A stretch of DNA of 32,000 bases, from positions 1,050,001-1,082,000 of the forward strand of contig NC_010814.1 of assembly GCF_000020385.1 (NCBI RefSeq). The letters run 5' to 3'. The translations under genes and the position numbers were made by a program. Below are positions 9,991 to 18,567 of this stretch, piece by piece (within the stretch, counting starts at the first letter, position 1; every line of letters starts with the position of its first letter). The notes beneath the pieces are model-generated. The model ran no database searches. It saw only the letters and a program-made list of their open reading frames with translations, and was not told the origin of the DNA. This DNA comes from Trichlorobacter lovleyi SZ (GTDB taxonomy: Bacteria; Desulfobacterota; Desulfuromonadia; Geobacterales; Pseudopelobacteraceae).

Positions 9991-11543
9991 TTGATACCAT
10001 TCTTGGTCAGGTGTGGACCGTATTTCTTGTCCTGCCCCTTGATGTGGTCGATCAGCCACTTCTGCAGGAAGGTGATCACGTCCTGCGAGAGTACGGTTTC
10101 ACCGCTCTGGAATTTGCCGATCAATGCGACGACCTGATCTACCAGGGCCTTGTGCAGCAGCTTGTGGTTGGCCTCGTCCGGATAACGGGTCTGGGCGAAG
10201 ACCTTTTCCTCGTCGGCAAAGTGATTGACCGTGTAGTCGGCCAGGCCGCGCAGGATTTCACCAATCGCCTCTTTGGTCCGCTTCTGTTGCATGGCGTCAT
10301 GCAGGTCGTTGACCATTCGGAACAACACTTTGTGCTGCTCATCATAGCGGTGGACACCGGTGGCAAAACTGTCATCCCAGACCAGGGCATTGGCCAGCTT
10401 GAAGTGACCTACCAGCTGGTGCAGATCATCAACCTGCTGGACCAGCTTGGTGGTTGCGTCGGTGGTGCTGCGGGCATTTTCCACGTTACGGTTGACCACC
10501 TCGGTAATCAGCTGGATGTTGTGGGTGATCTCGCTGGTGGTGGCGGTCTGCTCTTCTGCGGCGGTTGCCACCTGGCTGATCTGCATGGCCAGTTCGTTGA
10601 TCATGTTCAGGATATCTTCCAGGGCCTCGCCGGAGCGGGTGGTTCCCTCCGTACCCCGTTTTACCTGCTCAACACCCTCGTACATGGAACCGACAGCCGA
10701 TTGGGTTTCGGACTGAATGGTCTTGATCATGCTAGCGATCTCTTTGGTGGCCCGGGTGGTCCGCTCTGCCAGAGCCCGCACCTCATCGGCCACCACGGCG
10801 AAGCCCCGTCCCATTTCACCGGCCCGGGCCGCCTCAATGGCGGCGTTCAGGGCCAGCAGGTTGGTCTGGTCGGCAATATCCTCAATCGTTCCGACAATGG
10901 CGCCGATCTGATCGGAACGCTGTCCCAGACCCTGTACGGTTTCCGATGACTGCATCACCCGCTGGGCAATGTTTTCCATGACATCGGCGCTGCTGCGAAC
11001 AATCTGCGCACCGCTGGTGGTCTGTTCGGTTGCCTTCTGGGAATTCTCGGCGGCGTACAGACAGTTGCGGGCAATATCCGCTGAGGTGGCCGACATCTCT
11101 TCACTGGCCGTTGCAATGGTGCTTGACTGCAGGGCAACCTCTTCAGCTGCATTGACCATGGCATTGGTGGTGTTCTGTACCAGCTGCACAGAGTCCCTGA
11201 CCAGATCGGCCACCGAGAAAAACTGCCGCATGGCCTTGTTCATGTCATGCATCATGGTGTTGAAGGCGGTTCCCAGACGATGGATCTCGCCGACCCCGTC
11301 CACCTCGACACGCACCGACAGGTCGCCGGCTGCCGCCTTCTCCAGGGCTGTTGTAACCGTCATCAACGGCTCGAAAGCCTTGCGGCAGAGCAGCCAAAGG
11401 ACCAGCGATGAGCCGCCGAGCAGAACCAGGCCCAGGATGACGGCATTGAGCGGACTACCGGTGCGGTTCAAAAGTGTGAGAGCAAGTACGGCAATGACAA
11501 CAACAATGGCGTTACCCAAGACTATGCGACCGGTGAATGACAT
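9987..11543 (-). CDS. Methyl-accepting chemotaxis protein with C-terminal hemerythrin-like domain (DcrH-type)
   Basis: 518 aa. Two N-terminal TM helices are joined by a very short loop, then a HAMP and the MCP signalling domain ([32 protein letters not shown]). The C-terminal 130 aa carry hemerythrin ligand motifs: H..DEQH, HFADEE, HKLLH and [10 protein letters not shown]. Confidence 0.9.
   Translation of the reverse strand: MSFTGRIVLGNAIVVVIAVLALTLLNRTGSPLNAVILGLVLLGGSSLVLWLLCRKAFEPLMTVTTALEKAAAGDLSVRVEVDGVGEIHRLGTAFNTMMHDMNKAMRQFFSVADLVRDSVQLVQNTTNAMVNAAEEVALQSSTIATASEEMSATSADIARNCLYAAENSQKATEQTTSGAQIVRSSADVMENIAQRVMQSSETVQGLGQRSDQIGAIVGTIEDIADQTNLLALNAAIEAARAGEMGRGFAVVADEVRALAERTTRATKEIASMIKTIQSETQSAVGSMYEGVEQVKRGTEGTTRSGEALEDILNMINELAMQISQVATAAEEQTATTSEITHNIQLITEVVNRNVENARSTTDATTKLVQQVDDLHQLVGHFKLANALVWDDSFATGVHRYDEQHKVLFRMVNDLHDAMQQKRTKEAIGEILRGLADYTVNHFADEEKVFAQTRYPDEANHKLLHKALVDQVVALIGKFQSGETVLSQDVITFLQKWLIDHIKGQDKKYGPHLTKNGIK
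9990..10379 (-). other. Hemerythrin-like di-iron domain region of the MCP
   Basis: The region runs [20 protein letters not shown] ... [11 protein letters not shown] ... [11 protein letters not shown] ... [17 protein letters not shown]. All canonical His/Glu/Asp ligand positions can be recognised. Confidence 0.8.
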
Positions 11544-11578
11544 GCTGCTCCTCCTGTTTTAATTAAACAGTTACGTGT

Positions 11579-13642
11579 TTAGCCAGCCAATCTGCCAAAG
11601 TCTGCAATCCTGCTGAAAAGTCGGTTGATGGTGGTCAAAAGTGCCAGACGGTTGTTGCGGACGGCACTATCCTCCGCCATGACCATGACTGCATCGAAGA
11701 AGGCATCCACCGCCCATTTCAGACCGGCTATGTCGGTCAGTGCCTCCAGGTACTGCTGCTGCTGAATCTTGTCTGAGGCGGAGAGCTTGGTTTCCTGCAG
11801 CACCCGGTAAAGGGTGTGCTCCGCTTCATCCTGAAACAGGGCCGGGGCAACCGGGGCATCGATCCCCTCCTTGATGATGTTGCAGACCCGTTTGAAGGCC
11901 ACGGTCAGCGGCTGGAAATCATCCCGCTGGCGGAAGGTGTCCAGGGCGCGGATCCGTTCGGCGCAGTCGGCCAGATCATCAAACCCGGCAGCCATTGCCG
12001 CCTCAACCACGTCGGCCGGATAGGCATTACCCTGCAGGTTGACAAAACGGCCCCGGAAAAACTCCAGCACATCGTGACGGACCTCGTCACGGGGACGGGT
12101 CAGTTTTGCGGCCAGCAACTCAAGTGATTTGTCGATCAGTCCGGATAATGACAGGCTGTAGCCCTTGTCCAGAATGATGCTGATCATGCCGATGGTGGCA
12201 CGGCGCAGGGCATAGGGGTCGGCAGCACCGGTCGGTATCAGCCCGACACCAAAGCAGCCGCAGAGGGTATCCAGTTTGTCAGCCAGCGAGACAAAAGCGC
12301 CGATATCCGAAGCGGGCAGGTCACCACCGGCCTGGGTGGGCAGGTAATGCTCGGCAATCGCATTGGCCACGGCCGTCTCTTCACCATCATGCAGGGCGTA
12401 CTCGCGTCCCATAATCCCCTGCACCTCGGGGAATTCGCCCACCATGCCGGAGACCAGATCGGCCTTGCAGAGGAAGGCTGTCCGTGCGGCCTGTTGTTTG
12501 GCAGCAGGGTTGAGCTGCTCAGCCAGCTGTTCAGCCAATGCCCGGAAACGCTCCATCTTCTCATAGGAGGTGCCCAGTTTCTGCTGGTAGACGACACTTT
12601 TGAGCGACTCGACCCGGCTTTCAAGCCGCAGCTTGCGGTCTTCGTCAAAGAAGAAACGGGCATCGGACAGGCGGGCCCGCAAAACGCGTTCATTGCCCCT
12701 GACCACCACCGCCGGATCTTCGGCCAGGGTGTTGGGGATGGTAATGAAGTAGGGCAGCAGCTTGCCGTTTTCATCCACCACCGAGAAGTAGCGCTGGTGG
12801 GAACGCATGGAGGTGATCAGCACCTCTTTGGGCACCACCAGGAATTCGGCCGGGATGCTGCCGATAATGGCGCTGGGGTACTCCACCAGGTAGGTGACCT
12901 CTTCCAGCAACGACTCATCCGGCAGCAGATGTCCACCGGTGGTCTTGGCAACCCGGTGGGTCTCCTTACGGATGGTCTCTTTGCGACGTTCCTGATCAAC
13001 GATGACGAAATGACGTTCGCACTCATCCAGGTAGTGGGCAAAGTCCCGCACCGGAAAGGTACTGTTGGCCATGAAACGGTGGCCGCGGGAGATGTTGCCG
13101 CTCTGGATCGGACCAAAACTGAACGGCACCACGATGCCGTCGAACAGGGCCACAATCCAGTGTACCGGACGGGCGAAGCGGATATCCAGATCTGCCCAGC
13201 GCATTGATTTCTTGAACGGGATACCGGCCACCAGCCTGGGTAGAATCTCGGCCAGCAGCTCATGGGTCGGGCGTCCGGTTTCCTGTCTGGTAACCGCCAG
13301 ATATTCGCCTTTGTCAGTGCTGATAACCTGCAGGGCAGAGACGTCCACCCCCTGGCCACGGGCAAACCCTTCAGCAGCCTTGGTCGGTTTGCCGTCGGCA
13401 TCAAATGCTGCCTTCTTTGACGGCCCCATGGCGGTCAGTTCAGCATCGGGCTGGATGACTGGCAGTCCTTTGATATGCAGCGTCAGGCGGCGCGGGGTTC
13501 CCATGGTCACGATGGCATCAAAACAGAGCCGGGCAGTCTCAAGCTCTTTGCGGATCATCTCTTCAAGGGATGCAAGCGCCTTGGGTACGAATCCGGCCGG
13601 GATTTCCTCGGCACCAATTTCAAGCAACAGTTCCTTGGACAT
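11579..13642 (-). CDS. glyS: Glycine-tRNA ligase beta subunit
   Basis: 687 aa with MSKELLLEIGAEEIP, GTPRRL, RGHRF and a typical GlyS C-terminal anticodon-binding region. It follows glyQ after 3 nt. Confidence 0.96.
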   Translation of the reverse strand: MSKELLLEIGAEEIPAGFVPKALASLEEMIRKELETARLCFDAIVTMGTPRRLTLHIKGLPVIQPDAELTAMGPSKKAAFDADGKPTKAAEGFARGQGVDVSALQVISTDKGEYLAVTRQETGRPTHELLAEILPRLVAGIPFKKSMRWADLDIRFARPVHWIVALFDGIVVPFSFGPIQSGNISRGHRFMANSTFPVRDFAHYLDECERHFVIVDQERRKETIRKETHRVAKTTGGHLLPDESLLEEVTYLVEYPSAIIGSIPAEFLVVPKEVLITSMRSHQRYFSVVDENGKLLPYFITIPNTLAEDPAVVVRGNERVLRARLSDARFFFDEDRKLRLESRVESLKSVVYQQKLGTSYEKMERFRALAEQLAEQLNPAAKQQAARTAFLCKADLVSGMVGEFPEVQGIMGREYALHDGEETAVANAIAEHYLPTQAGGDLPASDIGAFVSLADKLDTLCGCFGVGLIPTGAADPYALRRATIGMISIILDKGYSLSLSGLIDKSLELLAAKLTRPRDEVRHDVLEFFRGRFVNLQGNAYPADVVEAAMAAGFDDLADCAERIRALDTFRQRDDFQPLTVAFKRVCNIIKEGIDAPVAPALFQDEAEHTLYRVLQETKLSASDKIQQQQYLEALTDIAGLKWAVDAFFDAVMVMAEDSAVRNNRLALLTTINRLFSRIADFGRLAG

Positions 13643-13645
13643 GGT

Positions 13646-14521
13646 CTAGTTCCCCCCTTTCAGCATCGGATAGCCCAGCCGTTCGCGCTGCCGGACATAG
13701 CCTTCAGCGCAGAGGCGGGCCACGTTGCGTACCCGGCCGATGTAGGAGGCACGCTCGGTCACTGAGATCGCGCCACGGGCATCCAGCAGGTTGAAGGTGT
13801 GGGAGCATTTCATGACAAAGTCATAGGCCGGGAAGACCAGATCCTTCTCTGCCAGCCTGATACATTCTTTTTCGTATTTACCGAACAGCTCCAGCAGCAG
13901 GGCCACGTCAGCCTCTTCAAAGTTGTAGGTGGAGAATTCAACCTCGGTCTGGTGGTGGATGTCGCCGTATTTGACCCCCTTGACCCATTCCAGGTCATAG
14001 ACGTTGTCAACTCCCTGCAGATACATGGCGATCCGTTCGCAGCCGTAGGTGATTTCCGATGAGACCGGTTTCAGGTCAATCCCGCCGGCCTGCTGGAAGT
14101 AGGTAAACTGGGTGATCTCCATGCCATCCAGCCAGACCTCCCAGCCCAGCCCCCATGCTCCAAGGGTAGGGGACTCCCAGTCGTCCTCGACAAAGCGGAT
14201 ATCGTGCTGACTGGGATTGATGCCGAAGGCCCGCAGGGAATCAAGATACAGATCCAGGATGTTAGCCGGTGACGGCTTCATGATGACTTGAAACTGGTAA
14301 TAATGCTGCAAGCGGTTGGGGTTCTCACCATAGCGGCCATCGGTGGGACGGCGGGATGGCTCTACATAGGCCACATTCCAGGGCTCCGGTCCCAGTACCC
14401 GCAGGAAAGTGGCAGGGTTGAAGGTGCCGGCCCCTTTTTCAGTGTCATAGGGCTGTTGAATCACGCAGCCCTGGTTTGCCCAGTAATTTTGGAGCGACAG
14501 GATCAGGTTCTGAAACGTCAC
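13646..14521 (-). CDS. glyQ: Glycine-tRNA ligase alpha subunit
   Basis: The sequence includes [41 protein letters not shown]...[26 protein letters not shown]. It uses a GTG start with GGAGG 6 nt upstream. Confidence 0.96.
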   Translation of the reverse strand: MTFQNLILSLQNYWANQGCVIQQPYDTEKGAGTFNPATFLRVLGPEPWNVAYVEPSRRPTDGRYGENPNRLQHYYQFQVIMKPSPANILDLYLDSLRAFGINPSQHDIRFVEDDWESPTLGAWGLGWEVWLDGMEITQFTYFQQAGGIDLKPVSSEITYGCERIAMYLQGVDNVYDLEWVKGVKYGDIHHQTEVEFSTYNFEEADVALLLELFGKYEKECIRLAEKDLVFPAYDFVMKCSHTFNLLDARGAISVTERASYIGRVRNVARLCAEGYVRQRERLGYPMLKGGN

Positions 14522-14559
14522 GGTCTACCTCCGTGAGGATGAATTGGAATAAGTTGTAC

Positions 14560-14589
14560 AAAATACCAGTGCCAGGGGGCACCGGTCAA
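14560..14589 (-). promoter_or_regulatory. Candidate sigma-70 promoter of glyQS
   Basis: On the minus strand, TTGACC (14589-14584) is followed by an 18-nt spacer and TATTTT (14565-14560). This lies about 40 nt upstream of the GTG start. Confidence 0.35.
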
Positions 14590-14613
14590 GAAACTAAGAT
14601 TGACAGGGCTTTG

Positions 14614-14791
14614 AAAAACTATTCCGGAGGCCGTCAATCCCTCATCCCCTCCCTTCTCCCCAAGGGAGAAGGGCAGGCTTAACCCTCTCCCGCCGGGAGA
14701 GGGCGTTGCGCGGTGTTCGCTTGCTCGTCTAACTGTTTGTTATGTCTCGGTTGCTGTGCGCCGTGTATCCGGGCTTCCTCATGACGATTTT
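14614..14791. repeat. Family-2 composite intergenic element, copy 2
   Basis: See 7236..7408. It contains tandem GC hairpins, CCCTTCTCCCCaaGGGAGAAGGG and CCCTCTCCCgccGGGAGAGGG. It has the same orientation and relative position as copy 1, after a minus-strand stop and before a promoter. Confidence 0.7.
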
Positions 14792-14801
14792 AAAAACACT
14801 G

Positions 14802-15719
14802 TCAGGGGGGGCAGTTGGCACACATGGACTTGAACAGGTTCGTGCTCAGGTAGCGATCCCCACGGTCAGGAATAATCACCACAATCGTGCCGCTTTCAAG
14901 TTCTTGCGCCAGCTTGAAGGCGCCGGCCATGGCTGCTCCACCGGACATGCCGCAGAAGATTCCTTCGTGGGAGGCCAGTTGCCGGGAGGTTTCAAAGGCG
15001 GTCTCGTCATCGATCACGATCTTGCGGTGAAGCTGCTCCTCGTGATAGATGGCCGGGACAATTGCCTCCTGCATGTTCTTAAGGCCCTGAATGGCATGTC
15101 CCAGGTTAGGCTCCACTCCGATCACCTGTACGCCTGGGGCCTGTTTGCGGAGGCAGGCCGCAGTTCCCATCAGGGTGCCGCCGGTGCCCATGCCGGCCAC
15201 GAAATGGGTCAGATCGCCACCGGTCTGAGACAGGATTTCCGGCCCGGTGGTCAGTTCATGGGCCAGCGGGTTGTTAGGGTTGTCGTACTGATTGGGCATG
15301 TAGTAGTGCCCCGGCTCTTCGCCGTAGATCTTGTGTGCCAGACGGATGGCACCGTCGGTCTTCTCGCAGCCGGGTGAAAGTACGATCTCGGCGCCGTAGG
15401 CCTCAAGCACGCTACGCCGTTCCATGCTGACACAGGCGGGCATGGCCAGCTTGATCCGGTAACCGCGGGCCGCCGCAATCATGGCCAGGGCGATCCCGGT
15501 GTTGCCGGAGGTGGGTTCGAGAATGGTTTTGTCGGTAGTCAGTTCGCCGGATGCCTCAGCTGCCAGGATCATCTGGCGGGCAGGGCGGTCCTTGATCGAG
15601 CCTCCGGGGTTGTTTCCTTCAAGTTTTGCAAGAATACGAACACGGGGGTTGGGATTGATTGCAGTGATCTGAACCAGGGGGGTGTTGCCGATGGCATCAA
15701 GAAGCGGTTGTCCGAGCAT
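14802..15719 (-). CDS. cysM: Cysteine synthase (PLP-dependent, CysK/CysM family)
   Basis: Motifs are GNTPLV, KLEGNNPGGSIKDR (PLP lysine), TSGNTG and GMGTGGTLMG. I prefer the ATG at 15719 to the TTG at 15722. The unusual C-terminal tail is KSMCANCPP. The K versus M subtype is uncertain. Confidence 0.88.
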   Translation of the reverse strand: MLGQPLLDAIGNTPLVQITAINPNPRVRILAKLEGNNPGGSIKDRPARQMILAAEASGELTTDKTILEPTSGNTGIALAMIAAARGYRIKLAMPACVSMERRSVLEAYGAEIVLSPGCEKTDGAIRLAHKIYGEEPGHYYMPNQYDNPNNPLAHELTTGPEILSQTGGDLTHFVAGMGTGGTLMGTAACLRKQAPGVQVIGVEPNLGHAIQGLKNMQEAIVPAIYHEEQLHRKIVIDDETAFETSRQLASHEGIFCGMSGGAAMAGAFKLAQELESGTIVVIIPDRGDRYLSTNLFKSMCANCPP

Positions 15720-15866
15720 CAAAGGTACCTGCCTGAAATAAGTAGTAAATTTGAATTGCGTGATTTGTTGATTGAAGTTGTTTTTATAGCCTGTCGTCGG
15801 CAGGGGGTCAAGCAGATATCAGTGCAAGTGCTTGTTCATCGGTCACTTTTTATTGTCACTTTCCTG

Positions 15867-15896
15867 TTGACATCCTCTGGTTCTTGTGGCTATCGT
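15867..15896 (+). promoter_or_regulatory. Candidate sigma-70 promoter of rho
   Basis: TTGACA (15867-15872) is followed by an 18-nt spacer and TATCGT (15891-15896). This predicts a leader of about 240 nt. Confidence 0.4.
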
Positions 15897-15966
15897 GATT
15901 AAACTTCAGTTGCAACCACCCTGCTGCGCTCATTTCCAAACCAAAGAGAGTTTCCCGAAAGTAGTT

Positions 15967-16031
15967 AAACCAAGGCTTTGTATTTGGTATAAAGCCTCCA
16001 CGTGAATACAAATACTATCCCTGGTTTTTTG
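15967..16031 (+). terminator. Terminator-like or attenuator structure inside the rho leader
   Basis: The outer stem pairs AAACCAAGG (15967-75) with CCCTGGTTT (16019-27) and is followed by a T-run to 16030. Two mutually exclusive inner hairpins are possible: AGGCTTTgTA...TAtAAAGCCT and GTATTTG...CAAATAC. Confidence 0.3.
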
Positions 16032-16138
16032 TGAGTTTATTCTTTGTCATTGCCTGAATATCCCAGTAATCGTATGCCAACATCCCCGTCCTCTCATTTC
16101 TTGATGACGTCTTATCCTACCCGCAGGAGATCCTTGTC

Positions 16139-17386
16139 GTGAACCTCCAGGACTTGAAGAACAAAAAAATTAGCGAACTGAATGGTATTGCCCGTGATCT
16201 GAGTATTGAGGGTGCTTCAGGGCTTCGAAAGCAGGATTTGATCTTTGCCATCCTGAATGCCCAGACTGAACAGAACGGTTCAATCTATGGGGAGGGGGTT
16301 CTGGAGATACTGCAGGATGGTTTTGGCTTCCTGCGGGCCCCGGACTATAACTATCTGCCCGGCCCGGACGATATCTATGTCTCCCCCAGCCAGATCCGTC
16401 GTTTTAACCTGCGCACCGGTGATACGGTCTCCGGTCAGATCAGGCCGCCCAAAGAGGGTGAGCGTTATTTTGCCCTGCTGAAGGTTGAGACGATCAACTT
16501 TGAAACCCCTGAGGCCGGACGGGATAAGACCCTCTTTGACAACCTGACGCCGCTCTATCCGGAAGAAAAACTGAAGCTTGAAACCGCCCCGGATAATTAC
16601 GGTATGCGGGTGATGGAGCTGGTCTCGCCGATCGGCAAGGGGCAGCGTGGTCTGATCGTGGCGCCACCCCGGACCGGCAAGACCATGCTGATTCAGAATA
16701 TTGCCAACTCGATTGCCGCCAATCATCCTGAAGTCTACCTGATTGTACTGCTGATTGATGAGCGTCCTGAAGAAGTAACGGATATGCAGCGTTCGGTCAA
16801 TGGTGAGGTGGTTTCGTCCACCTTTGATGAACCTGCCACCCGTCACGTCCAGGTGGCCGAGATGGTGATTGAAAAGGCCAAGCGTCTGGTGGAACACAAG
16901 AAGGATGTGGTGATTCTGCTGGACTCGATTACCCGTCTGGCCCGCGCCTACAACACTGTGCTGCCTCCCTCCGGCAAGATCCTGACCGGCGGTGTGGATG
17001 CCAATGCCCTGCAGAAGCCGAAGCGTTTCTTCGGTGCGGCCCGCAATATTGAGGAAGGCGGTTCACTGACCATCATCGCCACTGCCCTGGTGGATACCGG
17101 CAGCAAGATGGATGAGGTGATCTTCGAGGAATTCAAGGGTACCGGCAACATGGAGGTCCATCTGGATCGCCGTCTGGTGGAGAAGCGTACCTTCCCGGCC
17201 ATTGATATCAATAAGTCCGGTACCCGCAAGGAAGAGCTGCTGATAGAGCGGACCATGTTGAACCGGATCTGGATCCTGCGCAAGATTCTGCACCCGATGA
17301 ACGTGGTCGATGCCATGGAGTTTCTGCTGGACAAACTTTCTGAGACCAAGACCAATCAGGATTTTATCGATTCAATGAGCAAATAG
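16139..17386 (+). CDS. rho: Transcription termination factor Rho
   Basis: 415 aa with a GTG start and AGGAG 9 nt upstream. It has the N-terminal Rho motif [11 protein letters not shown] and an RNA-binding cold-shock-like domain. The Walker A is PPRTGKT, and [25 protein letters not shown]-type motifs are present. Confidence 0.97.
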   Translation: MNLQDLKNKKISELNGIARDLSIEGASGLRKQDLIFAILNAQTEQNGSIYGEGVLEILQDGFGFLRAPDYNYLPGPDDIYVSPSQIRRFNLRTGDTVSGQIRPPKEGERYFALLKVETINFETPEAGRDKTLFDNLTPLYPEEKLKLETAPDNYGMRVMELVSPIGKGQRGLIVAPPRTGKTMLIQNIANSIAANHPEVYLIVLLIDERPEEVTDMQRSVNGEVVSSTFDEPATRHVQVAEMVIEKAKRLVEHKKDVVILLDSITRLARAYNTVLPPSGKILTGGVDANALQKPKRFFGAARNIEEGGSLTIIATALVDTGSKMDEVIFEEFKGTGNMEVHLDRRLVEKRTFPAIDINKSGTRKEELLIERTMLNRIWILRKILHPMNVVDAMEFLLDKLSETKTNQDFIDSMSK

Positions 17387-17484
17387 TAAAAAAAGATCTT
17401 GAGTTTTAGAGTGATAATCCGATATTCTAAAATTTCGCCAATGAACAGCTTTATTAACGAGCTGCAATTATCAGGAGGTAGCAG

Positions 17485-17685
17485 ATGAAAGAAGGAATCC
17501 ACCCGATGTATAATGAAGTGACGGTTAAGTGTGCCTGTGGCAACAGTTTTCTGACACGTTCCACCCGCAAGGAAATCTTTACCGAGATTTGCTCTGCCTG
17601 CCACCCGTTCTTCACCGGTAAGCAAAAACTGGTGGATACTGCCGGTCGTGTTGAGCGGTTCAAGAAGCGTTACGGCCAGGCTTAG
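17485..17685 (+). CDS. rpmE: 50S ribosomal protein L31 (zinc-ribbon C+ form)
   Basis: The sequence is [22 protein letters not shown]...[13 protein letters not shown], with RBS AGGAGG upstream. Confidence 0.95.
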   Translation: MKEGIHPMYNEVTVKCACGNSFLTRSTRKEIFTEICSACHPFFTGKQKLVDTAGRVERFKKRYGQA

Positions 17686-17705
17686 CATTGCATGTAGTTT
17701 TCTCT

Positions 17706-17740
17706 GGGGGGGTGTGCCTACGGGTGCAGCCCCCTTTTTG
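17706..17740 (+). terminator. Intrinsic terminator after rpmE
   Basis: GGGGGGGTGTGCCTACGGGTGCAGCCCCC is followed by TTTTT. Confidence 0.6.
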
Positions 17741-17749
17741 TATCCAAGT

Positions 17750-17857
17750 CAATTCCAACTCAAGGCACTCATTTGCGTTGGCTCCTCAGTGTACTACCAC
17801 AGTATACCTGCGTTGCCTCCTCCGTGCCGCCTTGCTATCATCCCTGATCTGAATTGG
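17750..17857. repeat. Family-1 imperfect-palindromic intergenic repeat, copy 2
   Basis: The sequence is CAATTCCAACTCAAGG...GCGTTGGCTCCTCAGTGTACTACCACAGTATACCTGCGTTGCC...CCGCCTTGCTATCATCCCTGATCTGAATTG. It ends 17 nt before the thyX ATG. Confidence 0.65.
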
Positions 17858-17874
17858 CCCGAAGTAGGTGAGTT

Positions 17875-18567
17875 ATGAATATCGAACTGCTGCATTATAC
17901 CCCTGAACCTGAACGGACCGTTGCCCTGGCGGCCCGGCTCTGCTATTCCCCCACCGGGCTGAATGAACTGAAGGAAAAGATCGGTAGCGGGGATATTCGT
18001 CAGTTCATCGACAAGATCATGACGCTTGGCCATCACTCCGTTCTGGAGCATGCCTCCTTTACCTTCGGGGTGGAAGGGATCTCGCGGGTTACCTCCCACC
18101 AGCTGGTGCGCCACCGGGTGGCCTCCTATTCCCAGCAATCCCAACGCTATGTCTCCCATGTTGAGCGCTTTGATGCCGTACTGCCTCCTTCAATCGCTGC
18201 CAATGAAGAGGCGAAACGGATTTTTGATTTTACCGTCGGCGTGGTGCATCAGGCCTACAAACAGCTGGTGGAGATGGGGCTTCAACCGGAAGATGCCCGC
18301 TATCTGCTGCCCAATGCCACTGAAACCAAGATCATCATCACCATGAATGCCCGTGAACTGCTGCATTTCTTCAGATTGCGCTGTTGTGAGCGGGCCCAAT
18401 GGGAGATCAGGAGCATGGCGGTGGGGATGCTGAAGCTGGCCAAGCAGGCCGCCCCCACCATCTTCCGTGATGCCGGCCCCGGCTGCGTTGCCGGTCCCTG
18501 TCCGGAAGGTGAATTCTGCTGTGGCCGTACGGCCCAGGTGCGTAAGCAGTTCAGGAGTCTTACCTAA
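17875..18567 (+). CDS. thyX: FAD-dependent thymidylate synthase
   Basis: It carries the ThyX signature RHRVASYSQQSQRY (RHRxxSxxxxSxR). The C-terminal tail is Cys-rich: GPGCVAGPCPEGEFCCG. Confidence 0.93.
   Translation: MNIELLHYTPEPERTVALAARLCYSPTGLNELKEKIGSGDIRQFIDKIMTLGHHSVLEHASFTFGVEGISRVTSHQLVRHRVASYSQQSQRYVSHVERFDAVLPPSIAANEEAKRIFDFTVGVVHQAYKQLVEMGLQPEDARYLLPNATETKIIITMNARELLHFFRLRCCERAQWEIRSMAVGMLKLAKQAAPTIFRDAGPGCVAGPCPEGEFCCGRTAQVRKQFRSLT

Noticed and set aside
14802-14830. The C-terminal CANCPP tail of the cysteine synthase, considered as a special redox or metal motif.
   Set aside because: It is a single short CxxC at the extreme C-terminus. No partner gene, such as a CysO/ThiS-like sulfur carrier, is in the window, so the evidence is too thin.
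17404-17432. Inverted repeat TTTTAGA-N15-TCTAAAA between rho and rpmE, considered as a possible Zur or operator site.
   Set aside because: The L31 here is the zinc-ribbon (C+) form, which is not the Zur-repressed paralogue. The repeat is AT-rich and short, so chance or a simple promoter-region feature cannot be excluded.
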